Source: Flaviaestuariibacter sp.
Lineage (GTDB): Bacteria > Bacteroidota > Bacteroidia > Chitinophagales > Chitinophagaceae
Assembly: GCA_028288515.1 (NCBI GenBank)
Contig: JAQBNP010000135.1
Location: 1-58,588 of the forward strand
Direction of reading: 5' to 3'
DNA: 58,588 bases
The notes below the pieces were generated by a model. The model worked only from the letters and a program-made list of their open reading frames with translations, ran no database searches and had not been told where the DNA came from. The translations under genes were made by a program, and so were the position numbers. Position 1 is the first letter of the stretch. The number at the start of each line of letters is the position of its first letter. Below are positions 18,390 through 28,029 of the stretch, in pieces.

Positions 18390-20012
18390 TTAGCCCCCGT
18401 GTAAAAACAGCTTTTGCATTGTGCTGCGGTCATGTCCATACACGTCGTTTCGAAACTGCAACAGGCCGCTGGCGTCGCTCCACACCGTGAAATAGGTGAT
18501 CGATACAGGCACGGGCCGCGAGACCTTCACCTCCTGCTGCCTGTCTCCCATCATCGCCGTGGCGATCTTCGGCGCATCCCATCCCGATTCTCCCTGCAGA
18601 ACAAAGGCCGCGAGGCTGTCAGGCCGCGCAACCCGGATACAGCCGTGGCTAAGCGCCCTGTTGCCTTTGTCGAACAGGCTTTTCGCCGGCGTGTCGTGCA
18701 GGTAGATGTCGTAGCTGTTGGGGAACAGGAATTTCACACGGCCAAGCGCGTTGTCCCCTCCCGGCAATTGGCGGATGACCGGCACGCTGTCCTTCGACGA
18801 AACGACCTCCATATGCCTTTTCTTCAGGTAAGAGGGATCGCTCTTCATGGCCGGCATGATCTCGTTCCGCACGATGCTCGAGGGCACATTCCAGGTCGGG
18901 TTGAAGATCACCTGGCTGATGCTGTCGCGGAAGCTTACCGTGCCTGCGCCGTCCTTACCGACCACCACCGGCATGCTCAGCACCTGCTGTCCGCCACGGT
19001 AGGCCGCCAGCATGAAAGACGGAATGTTCACCTCGATGTGATCTCCGTCGGTAGGCTCAGCCACCCAGCGAACACGGTTAAGGTTCACAAGGATCTGGGC
19101 GATGCGCTGCTCTGCCGGCACGTTAAGCGCCTGGATCAGCGAGTCGGTGGCAATGCCGGTCTCGGCAAGGCCGAACTGGCGTTGCGCCCCACGAACCGCA
19201 GCCATAAGCGAATCATTGTAAACTGTGGTTGTATCGGCGCCGTACTGGCGCGTGGCAGCAAGGCGCTTCTTCAGCATTGCAACGGATGGTGCCGACATGC
19301 CTTTGCGCAGCGTACCGGACGGCAAGGGCTGCCAGCCGCCTTTTTTCGCTGCATCGTAATAGGTGGCAAGCCCCATGCGAAGGCCCGTGTACACCGGGTT
19401 TACCCCGGCTTCAGCCGTATCGGAAGAACGATTCAGGACAGAGTCCGCCCACTGCATCGGGTCAACTTTTTTTGCCGGAACCGCGCGATAGAAATTACTT
19501 CGGTTGATCGCGCCGGTTGATTGTGCCGCGGCATATTTGACAAAGGCAGCCGTGATGCCGAGCTCCGTCCGCACTGTCATCGAATCGGTGGCGGCGAGCT
19601 GCAGGCTGCCATTCTGCAATAAGGTATCGATGTAGGAATGGAAGCGCTCTTTCCGCTCGCCGTTGTCCGTGTTTTTTCCGTGGAGGGTCCAGAAGCTGCG
19701 GGCCTCATCCGTCAGTCCATCCGATGCCAGCCAGGCATAGCCATAGTTGCGGACGAGATAGAAGGAGCGGAGAGACGACGCATCGGAGCCCGGAAGCTTT
19801 TCGGCCCGGATAAAATTCTCAACCGCCGCGCTGTCGAGGAAGAGGTCTGAATAGGCGTTTGCTTCATTGATGCTGTTGTCACGGACAAGAGCCGTGGTTT
19901 GAGGGCTTGTTGTTTCGGTGGATGTGCTGTCTTTCGTACCGAACCAACCTGCCACACCGTTGCAGGAGGCGCACATCACGGCTGCCATCCCTGCGATCAG
20001 GATTCTTTTCAT
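18390..20012 (-). CDS. L,D-transpeptidase (YcbB/LdtD-like) lipoprotein with PG-binding domain
   Basis: VNIP, NPTWNVP, NALGRVKFLFPN, YLHDTP, SHGCIR. Confidence 0.92.
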   Translation of the reverse strand: MKRILIAGMAAVMCASCNGVAGWFGTKDSTSTETTSPQTTALVRDNSINEANAYSDLFLDSAAVENFIRAEKLPGSDASSLRSFYLVRNYGYAWLASDGLTDEARSFWTLHGKNTDNGERKERFHSYIDTLLQNGSLQLAATDSMTVRTELGITAAFVKYAAAQSTGAINRSNFYRAVPAKKVDPMQWADSVLNRSSDTAEAGVNPVYTGLRMGLATYYDAAKKGGWQPLPSGTLRKGMSAPSVAMLKKRLAATRQYGADTTTVYNDSLMAAVRGAQRQFGLAETGIATDSLIQALNVPAEQRIAQILVNLNRVRWVAEPTDGDHIEVNIPSFMLAAYRGGQQVLSMPVVVGKDGAGTVSFRDSISQVIFNPTWNVPSSIVRNEIMPAMKSDPSYLKKRHMEVVSSKDSVPVIRQLPGGDNALGRVKFLFPNSYDIYLHDTPAKSLFDKGNRALSHGCIRVARPDSLAAFVLQGESGWDAPKIATAMMGDRQQEVKVSRPVPVSITYFTVWSDASGLLQFRNDVYGHDRSTMQKLFLHGG

Positions 20013-20068
20013 GCTCCAACCCTAACAAACCCTGTGCCCGTACCACAGCAGGCAACGCAAAGACCAGC

Positions 20069-20902
20069 TTAGCCAATGCGCACCGAGGTCATCGTCAGCG
20101 AACCGCCAACGGCCCGGTCGTTGAAGAACGAAACGTCATCGCGGCCGGTACGCAAGCCGAGTGTGTAGAGCAGGGGCAGGTAGTGCTCCGGCGTTGGAAT
20201 GGCGAGTGCCGCTTCGGGACCGAGCCCGGTGAAGTTGACGAGGTGTTTGTGATCGCCGCTGGCGATGAGGGTCTTGAAGGTATCGTTCAGCTTCAATGCC
20301 CAATCGAAGCCGTAGCCAGGCTGGTTGATCCTGTCCCAGGCCACCATCCGCAGGTTGTGTACCATGTTGCCGCTGCCGATGATGAGAACTCCCTTACGGC
20401 GCAGGGCGAGCAGCTCCGCAGCCAGCTCATAGTGATACTGCGGGGGCTTTGTATAATCGATGCTGAGCTGCAGCACCGGGATATCGGCCTCGGGGTACAT
20501 ATGCCGGACGATGGTCCAGGTGCCGTGGTCGAGGCCCCAGTCGTGGTCGGCCTCCACGTGCGTGGACCTGATGGCCGCAGCCATATCGAGCGCGATCGAC
20601 GGGCTGCCCGGCGCGGGGTACTGCACGTCGAAAAGAGCTTGCGGGAAGCCACCGAAATCATGGATGGTGCGGGGGAAATCCATCGCCGTTACACGCGTTC
20701 CCCTGCTCAGCCAGTGAGCCGAGACGACGAGCACGGCCGAGGGAGTCGGTATGTCCCTGGCAAGCGATGCCCACTGGCGGCTGAACGCATTGTCCTCGAT
20801 GCCGTTCATGGGTGATCCGTGGCCGATGAAGAGAACCGGCATCAGCGTGTCGCCGGGTTGCAGAGTGTCTGTAAATCTTTGAAATGCCGATAAGCCTGTC
20901 AT
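20069..20902 (-). CDS. ygiD: 4,5-DOPA dioxygenase extradiol (LigB family)
   Basis: FIGHGSPMN, VSAHW, IHDFGGFP, GLDHG, GSGNMVHNL, PTPEHYLP; exact start uncertain. Confidence 0.9.
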   Translation of the reverse strand: MTGLSAFQRFTDTLQPGDTLMPVLFIGHGSPMNGIEDNAFSRQWASLARDIPTPSAVLVVSAHWLSRGTRVTAMDFPRTIHDFGGFPQALFDVQYPAPGSPSIALDMAAAIRSTHVEADHDWGLDHGTWTIVRHMYPEADIPVLQLSIDYTKPPQYHYELAAELLALRRKGVLIIGSGNMVHNLRMVAWDRINQPGYGFDWALKLNDTFKTLIASGDHKHLVNFTGLGPEAALAIPTPEHYLPLLYTLGLRTGRDDVSFFNDRAVGGSLTMTSVRIG

Positions 20903-20988
20903 AGCGGTCATGCCTCCGATCATTGGTTTGATGAATTCCCTCCCGTCGATGTGAGCAGCCGTCCACGCAAAAGGAAGAGCATTGTTTC

Positions 20989-21408
20989 TTACAGCTTCGC
21001 TGCCCTCTTTCTGTCTTCGTAGCCCAGATTCAACAGCGGCTTGAGGGTGTGCCAGGCGAGGGCCGGGAAGAACAGCATGGGCACGGCGAGGCCGGGGAAC
21101 AGTTCCGGCGCTTCCATGTCCAGTGGCAGCTTGATGGCGAATGCCGCCAGGATGCTCCCAAATGACAGGATGGTGAACAGGAAATTGAAGGCGAGCTCGC
21201 CACGCTTTTTCAGTACTGAAATGAGGGCCGTGTAAAGCGTCGCTGCCAGGATGCCGGCGAATGCGCCGGCAGCAAGCAGGAGGGCCGGTGTGAGGATGGT
21301 CTTGAAATCGGCCCCCAGCGACGCACCATATACCCGCTGGTAGGCGATGGCGGTGATGCCGGCAAGCAGGCCCGATACGAGCCCGAGGAGAAATGCTTTC
21401 TTCATCAT
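20989..21408 (-). CDS. Hypothetical 4-TM membrane protein
   Basis: Four hydrophobic helices; in operon with the YceI genes. Confidence 0.8.
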   Translation of the reverse strand: MMKKAFLLGLVSGLLAGITAIAYQRVYGASLGADFKTILTPALLLAAGAFAGILAATLYTALISVLKKRGELAFNFLFTILSFGSILAAFAIKLPLDMEAPELFPGLAVPMLFFPALAWHTLKPLLNLGYEDRKRAAKL

Positions 21409-21413
21409 ACAAC

Positions 21414-21947
21414 TTATTTTTTTGTGACGGGAACAGACACCGCGAGCTTGATCACTTCACCAACCTCGCCGCCGGGTGCGCCGATCCGGAAATCGGTTCG
21501 GTTGATCGCGAAGGTCCCGGTGAACAGTCCGCCTGCAGGCGTTTTGCGGAAGGTGAAGGGCAGGCTTGCCTCGCGGGTGATGCCGTGAACGGTGAGGTCG
21601 CCGGTGACGAGATAGGCCGCGCCCGACTTCACAAATTTCTTCGACGTGAAGCGGATCGAGGGATACGTCGCCGCATTGAACCAGTCTGCACTTTTTGCAT
21701 GCTTGTTCTGCAGGCCGTTACCGGTGTTGATCGACGCCACGTCGATCGTAACGTCGAAGCGGGAGGCGGCGGGGTTGGCTTCATCGAACGCAATGGTTCC
21801 GCTGAAGGTTTTGAAGATCCCGCTCACCCCGGACGTGGTGAACGCGATGGAATGATTCCGGGCGATGGCCCAGCCGGTCGGCACCGCAAAGGCGAGCAGG
21901 GCGCCGAGCAAAAACAGGGACAGCACGGGAAGAATGATCTTTTTCAT
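21414..21947 (-). CDS. YceI family protein
   Basis: Signal peptide; SINTGNGLQNKH, GDLTVHG, NRTDF. Confidence 0.9.
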   Translation of the reverse strand: MKKIILPVLSLFLLGALLAFAVPTGWAIARNHSIAFTTSGVSGIFKTFSGTIAFDEANPAASRFDVTIDVASINTGNGLQNKHAKSADWFNAATYPSIRFTSKKFVKSGAAYLVTGDLTVHGITREASLPFTFRKTPAGGLFTGTFAINRTDFRIGAPGGEVGEVIKLAVSVPVTKK

Positions 21948-21996
21948 GGTATGCTTAATTGAAAAGAAGAAAGGAAACCGCCGGGGCGGTCGCCGC

Positions 21997-22569
21997 TTAT
22001 TGCTTGCCAAACTCACCGTCGGCTTTGATGCGAACATCGTCGCTCAGCATCGGTGCGGGGAAGCCTGCGCCGATCCCAAACTCGGAACGCTTGATCGTGC
22101 CGGTTACCTGGAAGCCTGCCGTAGGTGCCTTGGACATCGGGTTGCTGATCGTTCCGCGGTAGACCAGGTCCATCGTCACGGGGCGCGTTACACCGTGCAG
22201 CGTCAGGTTGCCAGTCACCTTATACTTGTTTTTGCCGGCGGGTTTCAGGGCCGTGCTCTTGAACGTCAACGTCGGGAATTTGGCGGCGTCGAAGAAGTCC
22301 GGGCTCTGCAGGTGTTTGTCGCGCATGTCGACACTGGTGTTGATGGAGGCGACGTCGGCTGTCAGTTCGAATTTGGCGTCGCTGAAGTCCGCCTTTGATG
22401 AAGAAACGGTGACGTCGAAGTTGCGGAACTCACCAGAGATGTCGGAGATGCCGAGGTGTGTAACCGAGAAGCCGAGGCGTGAGTGAGCCTTATCCGATTT
22501 CCAGGAGCCGGCGAGGGCAAAGGCGGAGAGGGCGGCGAAAGCGGTAAAGAGGAAAGCGAGCTTTTTCAT
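21997..22569 (-). CDS. YceI family protein
   Basis: DKAHSRLGFSVTHLG, RDKHLQSPDFF, GNLTLHGVT. Confidence 0.93.
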   Translation of the reverse strand: MKKLAFLFTAFAALSAFALAGSWKSDKAHSRLGFSVTHLGISDISGEFRNFDVTVSSSKADFSDAKFELTADVASINTSVDMRDKHLQSPDFFDAAKFPTLTFKSTALKPAGKNKYKVTGNLTLHGVTRPVTMDLVYRGTISNPMSKAPTAGFQVTGTIKRSEFGIGAGFPAPMLSDDVRIKADGEFGKQ

Positions 22570-22584
22570 GTGTATCGATTGTTT

Positions 22585-23076
22585 TTAAAATAGTGACGAA
22601 GGGGTGAGCTGCCCGACTTGCAGTCCTGCGTTGCGCGCGAGGCGGGCGACGACATCGAGTGCGTCGCGCGAGCTGCCCGCCATGTGTACCGTTTCGTCGG
22701 GTTGCAGGGTACCGGCAAACGCATCGACAATGGCCGAATGCGGCAGAAGCGATTCGAGCTCGTGGCGGTTGCGAGCCGTTGTGACCACGATCTTGCGGCA
22801 CGCGACGGGGCGGATCGAATCCACAACAACGGCGTGGTCCGCCGCGGGCAGCGCGAGCACAATGATATCGGCTTCCCAGGCAGCGTCGTAGGAGCACTGC
22901 ATCGCTTCCACCTGCGCGGCGGGATGAGTTGCCAGGATCTCGGTGACAGCGTCGCCGGCCACGGCCGCCTCTGCATCGCACAGCACGACACGGTCCGCAC
23001 CGGAGGAAAGCCTGGAGGCCAGGAAGCGGCCTTTAGTGCCGGCGCCGATGATGAGGATTGTTTGCGGGGTATGCAT
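22585..23076 (-). CDS. Short NAD(P)-binding protein (F420-dependent NADP oxidoreductase-like)
   Basis: ILIIGAGTKG Rossmann motif, WEADIIVLALP, IVDAF. Confidence 0.7.
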   Translation of the reverse strand: MHTPQTILIIGAGTKGRFLASRLSSGADRVVLCDAEAAVAGDAVTEILATHPAAQVEAMQCSYDAAWEADIIVLALPAADHAVVVDSIRPVACRKIVVTTARNRHELESLLPHSAIVDAFAGTLQPDETVHMAGSSRDALDVVARLARNAGLQVGQLTPSSLF

Positions 23077-23174
23077 GATCTGGATTGCTGGAGCAAAGCT
23101 AGACCGGCAGGGAGGGGTGCGCCGTTGAGGACACGCAAGAAAAAGCATTGATATGGATCAAGGGGGATGGAACT

Positions 23175-23261
23175 TGAAACCACGAAGCCACCAGGGGCAC
23201 GAAGGGGCACGAAGGAATTTCGTCGCGGTTTTTCGTTGCCTCTTTGAGCGCTTTGCGTGAA
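23175..23261 (-). repeat. Dispersed repeat of about 90-100 bp, copy 1
   Basis: Reverse complement reads TTCACGCAAAGCGCTCAAAGAGGCAA...CCTTCGTGCCCC...TTCGTGGTTTCA, similar to 24068-24172. Confidence 0.65.
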
Positions 23262-23334
23262 CGGTGGTTCCATCTAAAATCGTAAACCGGAAATCAAAAA
23301 TGTCCCCGCTGTCCCCGTCCCTACCTTTGACCCG

Positions 23335-23925
23335 ATGTATGACCGATTCTTTGAAAAGCTGGCGGAGAAAGTGACGCTGACCGAAGCTGAGAAAGACCTT
23401 GTCCGCTCCTTCCTCCAGCCAAAAAAGCTTCGCAGGAAACAGTATCTTTTGCAGGAAGGAGACGTGTCGAAGAATGTTGCCTTCGTTGAGAACGGTATGC
23501 TGCGCTCCTATGCCGTGGATGAAAAAGGCGTGGACCGCATCATCCAGTTCGCGCCGGAAGGCTGGTTCGTATCGGATCTCTACAGCCATATTACGGGCGA
23601 GCCCTCCGGCCTCAACATCGACGCGCTGGAAGACAGCGAGATCGTGCTCATGAGCCGCGACGCGCGCGACGAGCTCCTGCAGCGCGTGCCGGCCTTCCTG
23701 AAGTTTTCGTTCGAGCAAATGCAGAGCGCCTACGTCGCGCTTCAGTGCCGCCTGTATGACCTGAACAACCTCTCAACCGAAGAAAAATACACCAAGCTTC
23801 TGCGCACCTATCCCGACATTGTTCAACGCGTGCCGCAACACATGATCGCGTCCTACCTCGGACTTACGCCGGAAACCTTGAGCCGCGTGCGGAAAGGGAT
23901 GGCTGGACGGAAAGAAAGTGAATAG
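23335..23925 (+). CDS. Crp/Fnr family transcriptional regulator
   Basis: cNMP domain plus QHMIASYLGLTPETLSRVR HTH; divergent from the YceI operon. Confidence 0.93.
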   Translation: MYDRFFEKLAEKVTLTEAEKDLVRSFLQPKKLRRKQYLLQEGDVSKNVAFVENGMLRSYAVDEKGVDRIIQFAPEGWFVSDLYSHITGEPSGLNIDALEDSEIVLMSRDARDELLQRVPAFLKFSFEQMQSAYVALQCRLYDLNNLSTEEKYTKLLRTYPDIVQRVPQHMIASYLGLTPETLSRVRKGMAGRKESE

Positions 23926-24067
23926 TCAATCGTGAATAGTCAATGGTGATTGGTGCGTACGGCCGTTTATTGTGTAAGGGCATTCCAAATTTATCAGACT
24001 GCCATGCTTGCGCACGTCAGCACCCTTCTCTCACAGTACAACCCCGGAAGAAAAAAACAAGCAGCCC

Positions 24068-24172
24068 TTCACGCAAAGAGCGCAAAGAGGCAAAGAGGCA
24101 AAGTATGCCGCAAAGAAGGTTCGCTTTGTGCTCCTTCGCGCCCTTCGCGTCCTTCGCGTCTTTGTGGTTCAA
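24068..24172 (+). repeat. Dispersed repeat of about 90-100 bp, copy 2
   Basis: TTCACGCAAAGAGCGCAAAGAGGCAAAG...CCTTCGCGCCCTTCGCGTCC...TTTGTGGTTCAA. Confidence 0.65.
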
Positions 24173-24202
24173 TCCACATTCACGATTCACGATTCACTTT
24201 CC

Positions 24203-25621
24203 TCACACCGCTACCGTCTTCCAACGGCCCTTCCGGAACAGGATATAAGAGGCGATCGTGATCGCCGTTTCGGAAACAGGGATCGCGATGAAGACGCCGA
24301 GCGGACCGAGCTCCATGTATTTCGCCAGCAGGTACGCCAGTGGGATCTGGAATGCCCAAAAGCCGAAGAGGTTGATATAGGTAGGCGTCCGCGTGTCGCC
24401 GGCACCGTTGAACGCATTCGTCAGAACCATGCCCACACCGTAAAAAATATAGCCGCAGGATACGATCCGCAGCGCCGTCACGGCCACGTCTCGCACACCG
24501 GCCTGCACCGCGAACAGCGACACAACGGGCCGTGCGCCCAGAAGGAACAGCAGCATCACCGAGGCCATGAACAAGGTGTTGTATTTAGCCGTTGTGAGCA
24601 CCGCAGCTTCGGCGCGAGCCGGGTCGCCCGCACCCAGGCTTTGCCCCACCAGCGTCGCCGCCGCATTGGACAGGCCCCAGGCCGGAAGCAGGAAGAACAT
24701 CAGGATCCGCAGCGCCGTCTGGTAGCCCGCCGATGCCTCGCTGTGGCCGGTTTCCGCTACGAGCTGTGCCAGGAAGATCCAGCTGCAGGAAGCGATGATG
24801 AACTGGAGCGTTGCGGGTGAACCCACCTTCACGAGTGAGCGGATCAAGCCCCATTCCAGCACCAGGGAGGATTTCGTAAGCTTCACCACGCCGCGCCCGT
24901 TGAACAGGTGATACAGCTGGTACAGCACACCGATGCCGCGCCCAATGCAGGTAGCGACGGCTGCGCCGGTGAGTCCCATTTCCGGCACGGGTCCCAGTCC
25001 TTTGACAAGCACCGGGCACAGGATGATATTGCAGATATTGGCAATGGTCAGGCTTTTCATCGCAAGCGATGCATCTCCGGCACCGCGAAAAATGCCGTTG
25101 ATCAGGAACAGCAGCATGATCACCGTGCTGCTTCCCATCATGATCCGGGTATACGTCGTTCCGATCGCGATGGTCTCCGGCTCCGCGCCCATGAACGACA
25201 GGATCCTGTCCGCATAATAAAAGCCCGTTCCGGAAATGACCAGGATCAGGGCCAGCCCCAGCCAGATGGCCTGCATGGCGGTGCGCGATGCGCCCTCGGG
25301 ATTTTTCTCTCCCACCCGGCGCGCGACCAGCGCCGTGGCCGCCATGGAGGCGCCAATGGCCAACGAGTAGATAACGGTGAGAACGGATTCGGTAAGGCCG
25401 ACGGTGGAGACGGCGTGCTTGCCCAGCTTGCCGACGAAGAATAGGTCCACCAGGGCAAACACGCTTTCCATGCCCATCTCGATGATCATGGGAATGGCCA
25501 GCATGAAGACGGCCTTGCGAAGGCTGCCTTTTGTATAGTCCTGCGTATCGCCCCGGAGGGCCTGCATCAGGAAGGAAAAAACGGATGTGCGCTTAACGGT
25601 TGATGATGGTTGATTTGCCAT
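24203..25621 (-). CDS. MATE family efflux transporter
   Basis: About 12 TMs; RGAGD...NIILCP; AFNGAGDTRTP. Confidence 0.93.
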   Translation of the reverse strand: MANQPSSTVKRTSVFSFLMQALRGDTQDYTKGSLRKAVFMLAIPMIIEMGMESVFALVDLFFVGKLGKHAVSTVGLTESVLTVIYSLAIGASMAATALVARRVGEKNPEGASRTAMQAIWLGLALILVISGTGFYYADRILSFMGAEPETIAIGTTYTRIMMGSSTVIMLLFLINGIFRGAGDASLAMKSLTIANICNIILCPVLVKGLGPVPEMGLTGAAVATCIGRGIGVLYQLYHLFNGRGVVKLTKSSLVLEWGLIRSLVKVGSPATLQFIIASCSWIFLAQLVAETGHSEASAGYQTALRILMFFLLPAWGLSNAAATLVGQSLGAGDPARAEAAVLTTAKYNTLFMASVMLLFLLGARPVVSLFAVQAGVRDVAVTALRIVSCGYIFYGVGMVLTNAFNGAGDTRTPTYINLFGFWAFQIPLAYLLAKYMELGPLGVFIAIPVSETAITIASYILFRKGRWKTVAV

Positions 25622-25790
25622 GAGCTCTTTGAAATGAATTGGTCGGAAAAAGGAGCCGCGCGCGTCGGCGCGGATTGACTAGAGGATGAGGCGCCTGCGA
25701 TCAGCAGGTAAAAGAGAGCTTCATAGACAAACGTATCTGGAGGAGCCAAAAATAGCCGAAACTTTTGAACCGCCAAAAGCCGGTGCGGGG

Positions 25791-26459
25791 TTACGCGAGC
25801 AACTGCAAATAGTGCTGGATGAACTGTTCTTTCTGCTTTCGCCGGTACTGCATGATGAACCGCGGGTGCGGCAGCGGGTGGATGGTGTCGAACCAGTTGA
25901 ACCGCGCATTCAGCGCCGACAGGTATTTGAAGTTCTTCTCGCCACCGATGCAGAAGCATGTATCGCGATGGACCGGGAACGAAAGCTGGGTTTCGATGCT
26001 CTCGATGATAAACGGCTCGACGGTTTCCAGGAGGGCCTTATCATCGTAATAGTTGATATTCTTTCCGTCCTTCACAAAACCGAGCGGACAAACGGAGCCG
26101 ATGAAGTACCTGCTGTAGAAGGCCTGGGGACCACCATATGCGCGGATCATGTCGTAGATAAATTCGGCCGACAGCTCCGTGCCTTTCGGGAACGGGTGAT
26201 CGATTCCACAGTCGTCCGTCAGTTGCCGCGCGGCAGTGAAATTCACTCCCGTGACGCCGGCACCGAAGCGGCCCGGGTTGATGCCAAGGAAAAGGCGTCG
26301 CTTGTTGCTGTCGGAAAAGAATTTGTCAAGAAAGACGCGGACGGTGGCACGAACCTTCGCATCCTGCTGCGGGTAGAGCCAGTCGATCCCTGCGGGCAGC
26401 TTCGGCGGCGGCTGCAGGTTTTTGTAGTAGTCGGTAAGAAGGCGAGCCCATGTCTTCAT
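25791..26459 (-). CDS. SMUG2-like uracil-DNA glycosylase (DUF4918)
   Basis: LGINPGRFGAGVTG, ELSAEFIY, NINYYD, LPHPRFIMQY. Confidence 0.85.
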   Translation of the reverse strand: MKTWARLLTDYYKNLQPPPKLPAGIDWLYPQQDAKVRATVRVFLDKFFSDSNKRRLFLGINPGRFGAGVTGVNFTAARQLTDDCGIDHPFPKGTELSAEFIYDMIRAYGGPQAFYSRYFIGSVCPLGFVKDGKNINYYDDKALLETVEPFIIESIETQLSFPVHRDTCFCIGGEKNFKYLSALNARFNWFDTIHPLPHPRFIMQYRRKQKEQFIQHYLQLLA

Positions 26460-26483
26460 GTCGCAAAGATGCGCCCCGAAGCA

Positions 26484-27830
26484 TTAGGCGTGATCCGTTG
26501 GCTGGGGTCCTGGCCGGGCTTTTTTTCGCCAGCAGATCACCTGCCAGATCACTTCGGCGCTCGCCAGTGTGATCACGGCAAACAGCACCGGCTTGAGGCT
26601 TCCGCCTTCGTCGAGGAACGCTGCGCCCATGGCGATGGCATACACGGAAAGGGGCAGCAGCGCCATCATGACCAGTCCGGGCACACCCAGCGGGATGCGG
26701 AAAGGCCGGTCCATGCCCGGTGCCTTGATCCGAAAGCGGATCAGCGCAACATATTCGAGAAAAAGGGCAGCCCCGTACAAGGTAATGTCGATGATGAGAA
26801 GCTCGCCGAATGTCCACAGGATCATCCCGCTCACAACAACGGAGCAGCAAAGAATGGACACCCAGGGACTGCCGAAGCGAGGGTGGAGGGCGTGCATCTT
26901 CGAAGGGAGCAGGCCGTCATCCGCCATGGCTTTGGGGATGCGGCTGACCGACAGCAGCACTGCCGAATAGAGGCCAAGCGCGCTGGCCATGCCACCAATC
27001 GCCACGATGGCGCCGAGCCAGTGTCCGGCCGTCGCGCGTCCCAGCAATGGGAAGCCCGTTTCTTCCAGCGCCGCGGCGTCGATGCCTGCATTGACGGCAA
27101 GCAAAATCGCAATGAAATAGATGGCGACCACCGCCACGAAGGCAATGGCGATGGATTTCAGGTAGGCCTTCACCGGGCCCTGCACCTCGTCGGCATACGT
27201 TGTGACATTGTCCCACCCGATAAAATTCCACATCACCGTATACAGTCCGATGCCGATCGCGGAGAATGGCTTGCCCGAAAGCGTCAGCCGGGGCATGGAC
27301 AGGTGGCCGCCGTGCTGCCACAGCGAGGTGCCGAGAAGGACGAGGAAGGGCGTGAGCACGATGGCGCTCAAAACCAGCGAGACCTTCCCAACCGGCACGA
27401 TGCCGAGCAGGTTGATGCCTGCCGAGATCCAGATCACGGCGAGGCAGACGGGAATCTTATACGCTTCGGCGGCTGGAAAGAAGAAGGACAGGTATTGCAC
27501 AAAGAGAACCGGGTAAATGGCGAGGTCGGCGAAGGTGTAGAGCCAGGTCCACCAGCCCTCATAAAACCCGAAGCGAAGGCCGAGTGCCCGCTTCACCCAT
27601 TGGTAATAACCACCGGTGACGGGCATGGCGCTGTTCAGCTCGAGGATGGTGAGAATGGTGGGAACGTCCCACAGCAGCGGCGTCACCAGCAAAAGGAGGA
27701 GGGCTGCCCCTCCGCCGACCTGGTTAAGGAGCGGCTCCAGGCCGTACGGACCACCCGACACGGTGAGGAAGATGACGGCAGCGAGCTGGATGGCGCGTAG
27801 CTTTTTGACGCGGGGAACGACGGCGGTCAT
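26484..27830 (-). CDS. APC family amino acid/polyamine permease
   Basis: SGGPYGLE, GGYYQWV, WNFIGWDN, RPFRIP; about 12 TMs. Confidence 0.9.
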   Translation of the reverse strand: MTAVVPRVKKLRAIQLAAVIFLTVSGGPYGLEPLLNQVGGGAALLLLLVTPLLWDVPTILTILELNSAMPVTGGYYQWVKRALGLRFGFYEGWWTWLYTFADLAIYPVLFVQYLSFFFPAAEAYKIPVCLAVIWISAGINLLGIVPVGKVSLVLSAIVLTPFLVLLGTSLWQHGGHLSMPRLTLSGKPFSAIGIGLYTVMWNFIGWDNVTTYADEVQGPVKAYLKSIAIAFVAVVAIYFIAILLAVNAGIDAAALEETGFPLLGRATAGHWLGAIVAIGGMASALGLYSAVLLSVSRIPKAMADDGLLPSKMHALHPRFGSPWVSILCCSVVVSGMILWTFGELLIIDITLYGAALFLEYVALIRFRIKAPGMDRPFRIPLGVPGLVMMALLPLSVYAIAMGAAFLDEGGSLKPVLFAVITLASAEVIWQVICWRKKARPGPQPTDHA

Positions 27831-27866
27831 GGGACTAAAGATGCCGTGAAGATCGGGAATTACGCT

Positions 27867-27955
27867 GCGCAAAGGACGCAATGGACGCGCAAAGCTGCGC
27901 AAAGGACGCTCCTCTGCGTCTCCTTCTTTGCGTTCCCGGCGCTCTCGGCGTTCCT
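27867..27955 (+). repeat. Degenerate copy of the CGCAAAG-type dispersed repeat
   Basis: Several GCGCAAAG units followed by TTTGCG-type complements. Confidence 0.45.
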
Positions 27956-28029
27956 GTATTCCTTCCCGGAAATCCTCAAAACATCGAAAACGCTGAAAAT
28001 CCGTCGTTTACAAGCGTGTGCCCGCCAAT

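Noticed and set aside
25686-27800. 704-aa + strand ORF, and similar long antisense ORFs at 29219-30754, 55141-56694, 46774-48267 and 18414-19520
   Set aside because: They are shadow frames opposite well-supported genes in GC-rich DNA and contain no recognisable motifs.
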